A program made the position numbers and the translations under genes. Of a stretch of DNA of 64,000 nt, positions 1 through 10,288 are shown in pieces. Under the pieces are notes generated by a model. That model was not told where the DNA came from and did no database searches. It worked only from the letters and a program-made list of their open reading frames with translations. This DNA is from an uncultured Acetatifactor sp. (lineage in GTDB: Bacteria; Bacillota; Clostridia; Lachnospirales; Lachnospiraceae), in assembly GCA_910578215.1 (NCBI GenBank), contig CAJTPH010000023.1, positions 2,953 to 66,952 on the forward strand, read 5' to 3'. Every line of letters starts with the position of its first letter. The stretch's first letter is position 1.

Positions 1-837
1 CAGGGTATCCATCTCCGCCTCCACGCCTTTTAAGTACGCCAGCGCCTCCTTTGTCTGCCCTGCGGCAAGCAGACCGGCAATCGTAGCCGTATGTCCCTTC
101 ATGTCATGCTTCATCCTCCGGATGCGCTGCTGGTTTTCAAGCTGCGCCTCCAGCATGTTTTTCTGCTCCAAGAGGATTCGCTCGCCCTGCTGCTTCCGAA
201 AAAGCAGAAGCTGGCGGTAAAGAGAAATAAAAATCGTGGCATAGGTCATGGGCATCAGCACAAGTACCAGCAAAAAAGCCGGAAGCTCCTGACTCCTTGC
301 GGTAATGATCACAGGAAAGTTGCTTATAACGGCAAGCAGAATATAATAAAGAGCCGTCATCCCTGCAAAGATCCCCCAGCCGCCCGGCACCGCCTCCTGA
401 AGCTGCATGTAAGGCTTTCTGATATAGCGGACCGCCATCCACTCCACCAGGGGAAATAACAGAAGTCTGCCGATAAACATGAGGACATACTGTTCTCCCC
501 CGAAATAATAATCCGCTATATTGGTTACCGCAAGAATCCACAGCGCAACCGTATCCGCCATACAGAACGTAAAGAAAAACCGCCCGTTTCTGTCCCTGGA
601 AATAATCCAGAAGAACAGCAGGCTGGGCAGAGTACAGGTCAATATGAACACCTTTCCCATGACCGCTGCCCCGTAAAGCGCCAGCCCCGCCACATTCAAC
701 AGAATCACCGCCCCCATTGCGATTCCCGTGAAAAGCAAGGTTTTCTTCCGGGAATACCGGGAACGGTACAACAGCATAAATATGATCAATAAATGAAACA
801 GTGTCCAAATCACGGATAAATCCCTGAGAAGAATCAT
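1..837 (-). CDS. Membrane sensor histidine kinase, AgrC/VirS-like (GHKL), 3' end runs off the window
   Basis: Not in the ORF track. Manual translation from ATG at 837: MILLRDLSVIWTLFHLLIIF..., several TM segments, then H-box RRMKHDMKGH; open to position 1; starts 4 nt after the LytTR regulator stop. Confidence 0.85.
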   Translation of the reverse strand, partial: MILLRDLSVIWTLFHLLIIFMLLYRSRYSRKKTLLFTGIAMGAVILLNVAGLALYGAAVMGKVFILTCTLPSLLFFWIISRDRNGRFFFTFCMADTVALWILAVTNIADYYFGGEQYVLMFIGRLLLFPLVEWMAVRYIRKPYMQLQEAVPGGWGIFAGMTALYYILLAVISNFPVIITARSQELPAFLLVLVLMPMTYATIFISLYRQLLLFRKQQGERILLEQKNMLEAQLENQQRIRRMKHDMKGHTATIAGLLAAGQTKEALAYLKGVEAEMDTL

Positions 838-841
838 CTCA

Positions 842-1558
842 TCAATCTACCTCCTCAAACAAAATCTCCTGGTACCGTCTCTTTACCTCCGCACAGTACC
901 GCCTTGACACGGGAATCTGCTCTCCGCCAACCATGAGATCAGAGCCGTAAATCCCCTCCACATGGTACATGTTGACGATAAAGCTCTGGTGGCAGCGCAG
1001 AAAAACATCCCCGCATACCTTCTGCTGCAAATCGCTCAGCTTCCCCGTGCTTTCCTGTATCCTCCCATCCGTACAGCAAATGGACAGGGTATGTCCCCTG
1101 CTGCTTATATAACGAATCTTTTTATAGGGAATAGCACCGCTTTTCCCCCACCAGGTATACACAAAATTTTTCTCCCTGCCGTCTGTCGGTGCACCGCCAC
1201 GGGCAAGGTTTTTCTGCACCCTCCTGAGAAGCTCCTTTACACGTTCTTCCTGCACAGGCTTTATCAGATACTGGAAGGCATAGAGATCGTACGCTTCCCT
1301 GTAAAAATCACCGCTGGAAGATATAAAGCAAATAAGCGCTTCCTCCTGCGCCCTGCGCAGCCGCTCCGCCAACTCGATTCCGTTCATGGATTCCCGCAAA
1401 AAAATATCCAGCAGGTACAGATCATACCGCCGCCTTTTATTTTCCACATCCGCCAAAAGGCTCTCCGTATCGGAATAGATACCGACCTCCTGCCCGGACA
1501 GGTATTTTTTGAGAGAAAGGGCATCTTCCATACAGTCGTCACAGACCGCTATCCGCAT
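842..1558 (-). CDS. LytTR family response regulator
   Basis: Receiver motifs IAVCDD, LLDI, YLIKP; LytTR motif FLRCHQSFIVN...IPVSRRY. Confidence 0.93.
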   Translation of the reverse strand: MRIAVCDDCMEDALSLKKYLSGQEVGIYSDTESLLADVENKRRRYDLYLLDIFLRESMNGIELAERLRRAQEEALICFISSSGDFYREAYDLYAFQYLIKPVQEERVKELLRRVQKNLARGGAPTDGREKNFVYTWWGKSGAIPYKKIRYISSRGHTLSICCTDGRIQESTGKLSDLQQKVCGDVFLRCHQSFIVNMYHVEGIYGSDLMVGGEQIPVSRRYCAEVKRRYQEILFEEVD

Positions 1559-1616
1559 AGGCTTTTCTCCTTGTATATTTCGGTAACAAAAAAAACAGTC
1601 CGGTCAAATACGCTTT

Positions 1617-1708
1617 ATTATAGCACACTTCCATTATTCACAGAATGTTAATTTTGTTCCAAATGATGTCAATTTTGCTTATTTTTGCTTATTTTGCAGT
1701 TTTTTGCC
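1617..1708 (-). promoter_or_regulatory. Putative sigma-A promoter region of the LytTR/HK operon with phased A-tracts
   Basis: Minus-strand TGcTATAAT extended -10 at 1617-1625; TTGACA at 1667-1672; ~10-bp-periodic ATTTTGC repeats at 1671-1708. Confidence 0.45.
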
Positions 1709-1710
1709 AA

Positions 1711-1741
1711 AAACGGCGCCTGCCCGAAGGCGGCGCCGTTT
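1711..1741 (-). terminator. Rho-independent terminator after the DUF4132 gene
   Basis: Inverted repeat aaacggcgcc...ggcgccgttt with T-run on the minus strand. Confidence 0.7.
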
Positions 1742-1792
1742 CCAAAGCTGTCTAATACCGTTTTATGTATGCCCGTGTCATAGAGGTCAGAC

Positions 1793-4700
1793 TTAACGAT
1801 TGCCCCTGCACTTCGGATAGGGAAGCTGTTCATGGCTGGAGACGGTCGCCTTGGTAAGCTGGTAAACTATCTCGCTGAAATACCTGGGATTCACATCCTC
1901 AAGCTTGAGCTTGTTCTCCGCCCTGGCAGCCTCATAGATTCCCTTCTGAGCATCATCGGTCTGATAAAACGACGCCCCATAGACCGTCACCTCCTCGTTC
2001 TCATCCCCGATAAAGACGCCCGAAAACTCCAGCTCCACGAATATGTTTCCATCCTGACGGTAAAATTCGTAGTATCCTCCTCCGTCTATCACACAGCCCC
2101 TATACCAGCCCATACCCTGAAGCTTGCCGGACAGGGACAGTCCGTTCAGAAGCTTTCCTCCAAAGCGCTCCAGCTCCTTCTTGCCCTTTTCTTCCTCCGT
2201 CACCCGGTAGACAGTCCTTTCAAGCTGCTCGATGGGCTGCGTCACCTCGTAGTCCTCAAGCTGCTCCTTCCATGCCGCCAGAGCCTCCTCGTCCAGCTCG
2301 ATGGGATGCACCAGACCAATCAGGCCCTCCTGAGGCAGCTCATACTCATCCTGGTCCACCGTGTTAAAGCTGCCGTCCTCCATGTAACGGAAGGTATCCT
2401 TCAGCGCATTCTCCTCGTAAATTCCCCAGATCAGACCGATGGCAAACTGATGCATGACGGGATTTTTCACAAAAAGCTCCTGCCACTTTTCCACAGTCCA
2501 CTTTCTCTCAACACTCATCGCCTGCTCCAGACGAAGCTTCTGGTTTTCCACTACGGTCTTAAGCTGTTTTTTCATCGTCTTGAAGGCGCTGTTTGCCTCC
2601 TGTGCCTTCCCCTCGTCATCTCTCTTGCCGGGAGCAGGCAGATTCTTAAGCTTCTTCCCGTCCTCGCTGAAGACCTCCAGCTCCAGAGAAGGATTCAGGT
2701 ATACCCGGAAGGTGCGGGAACCATAGTCAAATATCTGCTCCATCTTATGGTCGAAGCCCAGGTTAGGCACGATCCTGTCCTCCAGCTCGTCCCTCGAAAT
2801 GCCCAGCTGCTCCGCGGCATAGGAAAGCGCCTCACCCGCTGCCGTCTTCACCTGGCGGAATTTGCATTTGCGTGCAAGCTGGTCAACCAATATCAGCCCG
2901 TCGGCGCTTCCGCTCAATGCCAGCGCCTTCACTCCCTCCATGGCCATGGCGCCTCTTGAGTTCGCAGGCCACTCCTGTATCTGGCGGTATAGAACCGGCG
3001 TCACCTTTTCCCTGCCGTGAATCGATGCGGCATAAAGAACCCACTTCTTCTTTGCCTCTGCCCCGACCTCTATCCACCTTCCGAAAAGCTCGCTCATAAA
3101 CGCCGCAAGCTCGGAGGGAACCAGGCTCTCCGCAAGCCTTGCCGCATCCGCGCACAAGCCCGGTGTTTTCATGTCCGCATATGACACCAGAATCGCCTGA
3201 AGGATTTCCTCCCCTGCCGGCGTTCCGTCGGTCTTATGTACCTCCGGGAAAGGCGTTTCGTAAGCCCACGCCACCTTCCGCTTTCTTCCGCCCTTTAATA
3301 TATCGGCTGCAAACTGCTCCGGGGTCAGACCGGCACCGTCCTGGCCCTGCGGCGCCGCATCCCCAGCCACGCCAAGCACCTCGCACAGGAGCGTTTTGAT
3401 CTTCCTGCTCTTCTCGGATTCCAGGGCCTTTGTCAGCTCCTCCCGATATTTCTCCGCACCCCATTGCTTCAGGACGGTTATGGCAAGCTCGCGCTCCTGG
3501 GACTTCTTGGAGCAGAGCAGCGCCTTCACCTCCGGCTCCCATTCCCTGCGCTCCACGCAGACCGCGGCAAGGATTTCTCTTACCTGCAGGGAGCTGTCCG
3601 CCGCGCATGCAAGCAGGGCATCCTTGTACTCCTCCCCCAGTTTGTCCAGTACCATGACACAGAGCAGTCTGACCACAGCGCTTCCTTCCTTTGACTCTCT
3701 GACGAACTCCTCCCTCACGGAAGCATCCTTTTCGCGGGTCTGCTTAACCAAAGCCTCCACGCAGAAGTCACGGCACACGATTTTATCCTTATCATTGTAA
3801 AAGCAGTCGTACATGCCTTCTATGGCTGAAAGGCAGTAATGCATGGGCAGCTTCTCCATCTCAAACAGCTCCAGCATGTCAACCATGTTCTCCAGGTTCA
3901 GTCCTTGATAATAAGCGTTAGACGTCTCTCTCTCCACACCCGTGATGTTGGCACGGGTAAAACAATCTCCGTGCATAAGCAAGGCCTCCATCACCAGAGC
4001 CCTGCGGAACAGCTGGTCCTCCCCTGTGTTGGGAATTTTCATGATCTTAGTCCATGAGCAGCAGAGCGTCCAGCCGCTATAGTAATTTTTTTGCTTTTCA
4101 CGCCATTCGTCCACATACGGCAGCAGCGCCTCAAGAGACTCCTCCCCCGCCAGATATCCCTTCAGCTCGCGTAAACCGACGTTCTTACACCACTCCGTCA
4201 GCTCCTTGATCATTTTCTCCCTGTACAGAGGGTCCGCGCCGTTGTTCAGGGCTTTGTAAAGAGAGATATTTCCCGACCTGATCTTCTCCATGAGAACCCC
4301 GTACTCCTCCGTGTCCAGATCAGGCAGCAGGGTCTTTATATCATCGGGGTATTGCTGCACCATACGCTTCAGCGATCCCTGCACAAACCCGACTCTCTGC
4401 ACATTCCTTAAGCACCATTTTATATAATCTTTTATCAGGCTCTTGTCAAGGCTCCTTTCAAGCAGCTCTGTATACTGCGACGCCCACTCCTGGGGAGACA
4501 TCTCGACACACGCCGCCAGGGCCTCATACATATCGGCCAGCATGGCAATTCTCAGAAAAGCAAACGCTTTCCTTGAATGCCCGACTGAGAAAAAGGCCGC
4601 TCCTGTCAACAGCTTCATCAAATATTCGTTGGGAGACATTTTTTTGTTAAATACCTGAAGTACTCTCTCCGGTATGGGTTCTCCCGGATCAGACTCCTTA

Positions 4701-5410
4701 ATATAATTTTTCAGGATCTCCGCTTCCTCATCGGACGTCTGCGCCAGCAGCTCCCTCATGCTGTTCTGCAGATCATCCTCCACGATCCTGAGAGCGCGCA
4801 GGACTCCCGGGCGTTCCTCGCCTGCGCCGTCCTTTTTGGAAAACAGCATCTTCAACAGTCCCTGTCCCTTTTTGGCGCCTGCCTGCGATTCCGCAGTCGA
4901 AACCGCAAACAGGTAAACGGCTGCCAGAAGCAATCTTGCATTGTCCGCCTCCTGCCAGCACAGATCCAGCGCATCCAAAAGCACCTGCGGATTTTCCTTT
5001 CCTGCTCTATACAGGAGTCTCATCGGCACCTTGTTCAGCCTGTATTGAGTCGATACCGCGCTTGCCGCCCTGAGCGCGGCAGCCTGTTCCGGAGTCAGAT
5101 AGCTGGTGGCGTCATAATAAGATATGACGTTCTCCGCCGTTGCTCCCCCTACTACCGCCGCAAAGCGCACATAGCGCCCATATTCCTCGAGAAGCTTCCT
5201 TTTCTGCAGATAATTCACATAGTTACAGCTCTCCGCCGCACAATTTATTTTCGTGAAATCCTGATGCTCCGCCCCGGACAAGAGCGCCCGGTCCTCCTCC
5301 CCGGACATATCCAGATAGCTCTCCGCCAGCTTCCGGTTGCCCTCGGTCAGCTCCAGGCAGTCCAGAGCATTCATAAGTAACTGATAGATTCGTTCGTTTT
5401 CCAGATTCAT
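1793..5410 (-). CDS. DUF4132 domain protein (YehI/MolR-like) with HEAT-like helical repeats
   Basis: 1205 aa; C-terminal DUF4132-type motifs ELEDRIVPNLGF, FVKNPVMHQFAIGLIWG, LVHPIEL, QPIEQLER; operon context. Confidence 0.85.
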   Translation of the reverse strand: MNLENERIYQLLMNALDCLELTEGNRKLAESYLDMSGEEDRALLSGAEHQDFTKINCAAESCNYVNYLQKRKLLEEYGRYVRFAAVVGGATAENVISYYDATSYLTPEQAAALRAASAVSTQYRLNKVPMRLLYRAGKENPQVLLDALDLCWQEADNARLLLAAVYLFAVSTAESQAGAKKGQGLLKMLFSKKDGAGEERPGVLRALRIVEDDLQNSMRELLAQTSDEEAEILKNYIKESDPGEPIPERVLQVFNKKMSPNEYLMKLLTGAAFFSVGHSRKAFAFLRIAMLADMYEALAACVEMSPQEWASQYTELLERSLDKSLIKDYIKWCLRNVQRVGFVQGSLKRMVQQYPDDIKTLLPDLDTEEYGVLMEKIRSGNISLYKALNNGADPLYREKMIKELTEWCKNVGLRELKGYLAGEESLEALLPYVDEWREKQKNYYSGWTLCCSWTKIMKIPNTGEDQLFRRALVMEALLMHGDCFTRANITGVERETSNAYYQGLNLENMVDMLELFEMEKLPMHYCLSAIEGMYDCFYNDKDKIVCRDFCVEALVKQTREKDASVREEFVRESKEGSAVVRLLCVMVLDKLGEEYKDALLACAADSSLQVREILAAVCVERREWEPEVKALLCSKKSQERELAITVLKQWGAEKYREELTKALESEKSRKIKTLLCEVLGVAGDAAPQGQDGAGLTPEQFAADILKGGRKRKVAWAYETPFPEVHKTDGTPAGEEILQAILVSYADMKTPGLCADAARLAESLVPSELAAFMSELFGRWIEVGAEAKKKWVLYAASIHGREKVTPVLYRQIQEWPANSRGAMAMEGVKALALSGSADGLILVDQLARKCKFRQVKTAAGEALSYAAEQLGISRDELEDRIVPNLGFDHKMEQIFDYGSRTFRVYLNPSLELEVFSEDGKKLKNLPAPGKRDDEGKAQEANSAFKTMKKQLKTVVENQKLRLEQAMSVERKWTVEKWQELFVKNPVMHQFAIGLIWGIYEENALKDTFRYMEDGSFNTVDQDEYELPQEGLIGLVHPIELDEEALAAWKEQLEDYEVTQPIEQLERTVYRVTEEEKGKKELERFGGKLLNGLSLSGKLQGMGWYRGCVIDGGGYYEFYRQDGNIFVELEFSGVFIGDENEEVTVYGASFYQTDDAQKGIYEAARAENKLKLEDVNPRYFSEIVYQLTKATVSSHEQLPYPKCRGNR

Positions 5411-5485
5411 TAATTATACCCTCCTATTCCATTTCCCGTCTGCGGTAACTTGCAAGCGTCCTTTAGGACGCTTTTGTTCTCTGCA

Positions 5486-7852
5486 CTACTGCACCTCCGC
5501 CGGTTCTTCTTTGTCTGCCTCCAGAGACAGACGCACCCTGTCAAAGGAAACCCTCTCGTTACAGGTCTTTAAATACAGCTGCAGTTCTTCCCACACTTCC
5601 AGCAAGGGTTCCGGAGTAAATTCCATCCGGTGGTGTCTTCCCCTTAACAGCTCCGCTATCTCCGCCAGCTTCTCTCCTGCATAATGAAGCCCTAATTCCT
5701 CCCCCTCCGCAGCGCATGCAGAAATGCGCCCTTCCAGCTCCTCCGAAGATGACCTCAGCCCGCTCACAAACAGGTCCGCAAGATTCCTTCCGATCTCCCT
5801 CAGATACTGCTCCATTATATCCAGCGCCTCCCTTGAAGGAAGGGGCGGCGCCTTGCCCGGGGACGCTGCACTTCCGGCTGCCGCCTCCGACTCCGGGAGC
5901 GCTTCCTTATCCGCTGCCCCCGGCTCCGGGAGCGCTTCCTTATCCGCCTCCGCAGACGCCTCCGGGCCTAAAAAGGTTTTCTGCCCGCACGCGGACAACA
6001 GCCCGTCCGTCTTCTGAAGCCAGAATTCCACGGGATACAGACACAGCCTGCCCTCCTGCAGATACAGACTTCCGAAAAGAACCAGAGACGCATACTTCCC
6101 CTTTCTCACCTTCTTCTCCATGCGCTCCAACAGCTGGATGACGAGCCTCTCCTCCCGGGTATATCTCAAGGATACATATATACGGCGGCCCTGGGTGTCA
6201 AAAAGCTCCCAGGAAAACCTCTGCCTGGTTTTGTCAAATACCGCCTCACCCCAGCGGACCGCCCCCAGAAGCGCCAGCCGTTCTCCCTTCCTGCCCCCAG
6301 CCCCGTCATCAAAGGCGGCGGCGCCTGCCTCTGCTTCACCAGACGCATCGCTTCCTGCTCCATAGGTCCCCGGGGCATACATAAGCTCCAGGAGCCTTCT
6401 GTAATCCCAGATGATCCTTCCGCAGACCTCATCATCCAAAAGGCGTTTTGCCCCCAGAAGCTCTCCTCTGGTCTCCTGACTGGCGGAGAGGCGGCCTCCC
6501 GGCGCAAGCCTGGCATCCACAAGCTCGATTTCCATCTCAAAAAGCTGACGCCTGCTGCATTCCAATCCCCAGGGCGTCTGGCTGTATTCCTGAGCATTCC
6601 GTTTTCTTTCGGTTCCCTCATAAAATGTGGGCCGCGCGTCTGTCCATGTAAGATACCGTCCGTCAGCTTCATTCAGGAAATAATAGATTTCTCCCTCATA
6701 CCCCGCCTTGCTCTTAAAGGCACGGGACCCCATTCCTATCAGCCGCAGCGTCCCGGCATACTCATAAGCATCCCGGAAGTTACCCGCAAGCCTCTGCAGC
6801 TTTGCTGTATTCCCTGTCTCCTGTATCTGTCCGGCAAGACGATACAGTCCCAAAAGCCTGTCGAGAAGCTCCTCCTCCCGAAACCGCGCCTGCCTTTCAA
6901 AATATTGCGTATACTCCTCCGCAGCTCCCCGCAGGCTGCGCTCCATATCCGCCAGCCCCGCGCGATGGCTGATCACCGCCAGCCTCTCCATACTTACGGA
7001 AACCTCCGGCGACTGCCTGGACAGCCCTGTGCAGAGCTGAAGCTTCACCGCCTCCCGAAGGCTTTCGCAGACCTCTCTCATCTGCCCCTGGTCAAGGACG
7101 CCCTCCGCATCCTGCCCCGCCTCCAGCTCCTGCAGGGTACAGACTCCCTCCCGCAGCCGCCAGATCAAAAGCGCCTGCGCCTTATGGGTACACAGCTCCT
7201 TGCTGTGACAGGTACAGGATGAATAAGACAGCGGCTCCAAAAGCCTTACCACCGCCCGCTCCCAGGGCAGCTCCACCGTCACAATAGATCCTGCCTCCAC
7301 CGGAGGAAGACCCCCTGTCCGCACATGGGCAACCAGCTTCCGGTAATGGCCGGGCCCGCATGCCTTAATCAGCCGCTCCTGGGGAAGCGCAAGAAATTCA
7401 GCAAATTTAGGCTTTGCCGGGTCTCCGGCTTCTTCCGGTCCCCCTGCTTCTTCCGGCTCCACGGTTTTTACCGCTTCCTGGGCTTTGCCCTGCTCCTCTG
7501 TCCTCCCGGCCTCCTCTGCGGCCTTCGTTTCCTGTCCGCCGCCATCATCCAGACTTCCCTTCAGCCAAAGTACCGCCGTCACAATATGTCTGCACATGCT
7601 TCTGGACGGACAGGTGCATGTGCTGTCCCCCAGCGGGGCGCGGATCATGCAGGTCTCCTCATTGAGTTTTACCTGAACGACCGTCCGCATTTTTTCCTGC
7701 GCCTTATCCCGCGCCTCCTCCTGCTGCCAGTCCGCCACAGGGCTTTCCTGCTCCAGATCCTTGTAAGCCCGCTTTAAAATTCCCTTGTTGCCCAGTCCGG
7801 TCAGATAGTCGTCATCCACCTGACGAATGAGCTCTCTCAATTCCTCACCCAT
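5486..7852 (-). CDS. SWIM zinc-finger protein (YehQ-like)
   Basis: Two SWIM motifs CTCPSRSMCRH and CTCHSKELCTH; overlaps vWA stop. Confidence 0.85.
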   Translation of the reverse strand: MGEELRELIRQVDDDYLTGLGNKGILKRAYKDLEQESPVADWQQEEARDKAQEKMRTVVQVKLNEETCMIRAPLGDSTCTCPSRSMCRHIVTAVLWLKGSLDDGGGQETKAAEEAGRTEEQGKAQEAVKTVEPEEAGGPEEAGDPAKPKFAEFLALPQERLIKACGPGHYRKLVAHVRTGGLPPVEAGSIVTVELPWERAVVRLLEPLSYSSCTCHSKELCTHKAQALLIWRLREGVCTLQELEAGQDAEGVLDQGQMREVCESLREAVKLQLCTGLSRQSPEVSVSMERLAVISHRAGLADMERSLRGAAEEYTQYFERQARFREEELLDRLLGLYRLAGQIQETGNTAKLQRLAGNFRDAYEYAGTLRLIGMGSRAFKSKAGYEGEIYYFLNEADGRYLTWTDARPTFYEGTERKRNAQEYSQTPWGLECSRRQLFEMEIELVDARLAPGGRLSASQETRGELLGAKRLLDDEVCGRIIWDYRRLLELMYAPGTYGAGSDASGEAEAGAAAFDDGAGGRKGERLALLGAVRWGEAVFDKTRQRFSWELFDTQGRRIYVSLRYTREERLVIQLLERMEKKVRKGKYASLVLFGSLYLQEGRLCLYPVEFWLQKTDGLLSACGQKTFLGPEASAEADKEALPEPGAADKEALPESEAAAGSAASPGKAPPLPSREALDIMEQYLREIGRNLADLFVSGLRSSSEELEGRISACAAEGEELGLHYAGEKLAEIAELLRGRHHRMEFTPEPLLEVWEELQLYLKTCNERVSFDRVRLSLEADKEEPAEVQ
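5891..5947. repeat. Two-copy in-frame repeat (24-bp identical core, 33-bp period) in the SWIM gene
   Basis: ctccgggagcgcttccttatccgc at 5891-5914 and 5924-5947; encodes ADKEALPE twice. Confidence 0.85.
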
Positions 7853-8981
7853 TCATAACCGCTCCCATAAAATCCGCCAGAGCTCCCGGTGTCATTGCTC
7901 CCACATGGGCTCCCATATCCGCCATTCTTTGCGCCGTCTGCCTGTCATATACCGGATTTGCCTCCCTGTCCAGCGCCGTAAGACAGATAAGCTTTGCCCC
8001 GCTTTCCACAATCCTGCGGCTGACACCCAAAAGCCCCTGGACACTGCCGCCCTCGCACAGATCGGACACAAGCACCACCATGGTCCGATGAGGATTTTCT
8101 ATCAAAGTCTCGCAGTATTCAAGCGCACCCGCAATATAAGTACCCCCGCCCAGCTGTATACTCATCAGCGTGGCAACCGGGTCCTCCAGGTAACTGCTTA
8201 AGTCCACCACCTGGGTGTCAAAGATCACAAGCTTTGTGTCCAGCATGGGAAGCTTTACAAAAACACCCGCCATAACCGCGCTGTGAATGACCGAGTCCAG
8301 CATGGAGCCGCTCTCGTCCACCGCGACAATCACCCTCCACTTGTTGTAACGCCTGGTCCTGCCGTTAAAATATACGTGCTCAAGCACCAGACGCCCGTTT
8401 TCCTCGTCATAGTGCTTCAGATTGCTTTTGATGGTCTTCTTAATGTCCAGACTGCGGATGGAGGGGACAGGGCTCCTGCTGTTGCGGTCTATCCTGCCAA
8501 GCAGAGAGCGGCGGATATCCTGCTTCAGCTTCTCCGCTATCTGCTCCGCAACCCTTTTCACAATCCTTTTCGCCTCCTCCAGCACATCCCCCTTCATCAG
8601 ATGTTTGAGCTGCAGAATCGTCTTTAACAGCTCCTGGTTCGGCTCCAGCTTCCGAAGCACCTCCTTGTCCGTCAAAAGCTCCGTCATTCCATAGCTTTCA
8701 AGCGCGTGCTTCTCCAGGATTTCAACCGTTTCCCTGGGAAACAGCTTCCTGATGCGGGTGATCCAGGTCGCCGCCGTCAAGCGGCTGTCCCCGGTGCCGC
8801 CGTCCCTGCGCACGTCCTCTCCCTGCTCTCTCCCGTACAGGAAATCCAGCGCATCCTCCAGGTCCGTACAGGAAATACCGTTCTCCAGCCTTCCGTCCCC
8901 CTGAAAAGCCAGCTGCTCTGACGCATAGCCGCCCAAAATCAACCTCCAGCGGTTAAGCTGCCCGGTGTCCCTATCATTCAT
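7845..8981 (-). CDS. vWA domain protein (YehP/CoxE-like)
   Basis: RWRLILG N-terminus, MIDAS VDESGSM, GGGTYIA, VSDLCEG; start probably ATG 8981 (track gives 9008). Confidence 0.9.
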   Translation of the reverse strand: MNDRDTGQLNRWRLILGGYASEQLAFQGDGRLENGISCTDLEDALDFLYGREQGEDVRRDGGTGDSRLTAATWITRIRKLFPRETVEILEKHALESYGMTELLTDKEVLRKLEPNQELLKTILQLKHLMKGDVLEEAKRIVKRVAEQIAEKLKQDIRRSLLGRIDRNSRSPVPSIRSLDIKKTIKSNLKHYDEENGRLVLEHVYFNGRTRRYNKWRVIVAVDESGSMLDSVIHSAVMAGVFVKLPMLDTKLVIFDTQVVDLSSYLEDPVATLMSIQLGGGTYIAGALEYCETLIENPHRTMVVLVSDLCEGGSVQGLLGVSRRIVESGAKLICLTALDREANPVYDRQTAQRMADMGAHVGAMTPGALADFMGAVMNG

Positions 8982-8988
8982 ATGCCGC

Positions 8989-10215
8989 TTATACCTCGCT
9001 CCATCCAAACAGTGTCTTTTTAAAATGACTCTTGTACTCGATTACCCTGGGATGATCGGGAAATCTGTTCCAATATTCCATGGCCTTTTTGATGTCCCGC
9101 TTCACCCCGCGCCCATAGGCATATATTTCTCCCAGCCCCAGCGAACAAAGGCAGGAGGAGGGCTTGACCTCAAACTCCTTGCGTGCCGCGCCATAGTCCT
9201 GCTGGATGCCCCAGCCCTTTAAATAGCAGGTTCCAAGCATGTCCGAGGACCAACTGTTATCCGCCCTGACCCTTAAAAACAGCTCCACCGCCCTGTTGTA
9301 ATCCGGCTCGATATCCTGACCGCCGTAAAAATAGATCTCCCCCAGACGGTTACAACAGCCTGTGACATCCTCGCTCAGCTCTATGCCTCTGGAAAAGCAT
9401 TCGATTGCCTTCTTCAAGTCCAGCGGCAGCTTCCCGTTATAGGAGTACAGCCTTCCCAGCCGATAGCAGGCATCCGCATCATTGTGCTCCATGGCACGCT
9501 CATACATTTCAGCCGCTTCCTGGATATTTCCTGCCTCCTCCAGATCCCTTCCCTCCATGCGCTCAAACGAAGCCACTCCACGGCTGGCGCCGATATGCCG
9601 CAGCTCCTTTGCCCTTTTCTCGTTCTTTGGCATGCCGTAATCCCCGGAGGTGATTATGTTGATCAAATTACTGATACCCAGCACGGAGCCGGAGGCGATA
9701 ATACCCTCGTACAGAGAAATGGCCCTGTTCTGGAAATCCACCACGTTTGCAAGCGAGACCGCATTGGAATCCATACCCATAAACTGAATCACATCGCCAT
9801 AGAAATAGGCGTTTGCAATCATATATTTACAAAATACCTGCCCCGCCATGGCTTTTTTCTCCACCTGGTCCCAGATTTCCCTGAGGGAGCTATAGGGCGG
9901 ATAGACGAAGGTTCCCTTGCCGGGCTTGAAGCCCCCTACCCTCATGGCTCCGAACATGGTCACGGCGCTGCCGCGCTCAAGACCCTTCTCCAGCCATCTC
10001 TCCCCCTTCTCGTCGTCATCCTCAAAGCCGAACCTGGGGTCCACAAAGCTCTCACCGAAGCAGCACCTTGCCAGGAAAAAGCAGGCGTCTCCGTCGCCCT
10101 CGCCCGCAGCCTCCTCCAGCATCCTCCTGGCTTCCCTGCTTTTTTCCACATTGGGAATCACCCACAGATTCTGCACGGCAAATTCCACTCTCTCGTCAAA
10201 TACATTGCTCATCAT
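8989..10215 (-). CDS. Sel1-like repeat protein
   Basis: Repeated LG..Y..G.G...D...A motifs (ACYRLGRLYS, LGEIYFYGG, LGTCYLKGWG, LGEIYAYGRG). Confidence 0.88.
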   Translation of the reverse strand: MMSNVFDERVEFAVQNLWVIPNVEKSREARRMLEEAAGEGDGDACFFLARCCFGESFVDPRFGFEDDDEKGERWLEKGLERGSAVTMFGAMRVGGFKPGKGTFVYPPYSSLREIWDQVEKKAMAGQVFCKYMIANAYFYGDVIQFMGMDSNAVSLANVVDFQNRAISLYEGIIASGSVLGISNLINIITSGDYGMPKNEKRAKELRHIGASRGVASFERMEGRDLEEAGNIQEAAEMYERAMEHNDADACYRLGRLYSYNGKLPLDLKKAIECFSRGIELSEDVTGCCNRLGEIYFYGGQDIEPDYNRAVELFLRVRADNSWSSDMLGTCYLKGWGIQQDYGAARKEFEVKPSSCLCSLGLGEIYAYGRGVKRDIKKAMEYWNRFPDHPRVIEYKSHFKKTLFGWSEV

Positions 10216-10288
10216 TCATACCTCCTATATTTAGTCGCTGCGCAACGGCTCTAAAGTCCGAAGCAGTCTTTCTGCTGCGCCCGCTCCT

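Noticed and set aside
137..808. 223-aa minus-strand ORF in the track
   Set aside because: Wrong frame; the real gene is the histidine kinase starting at 837 in another frame
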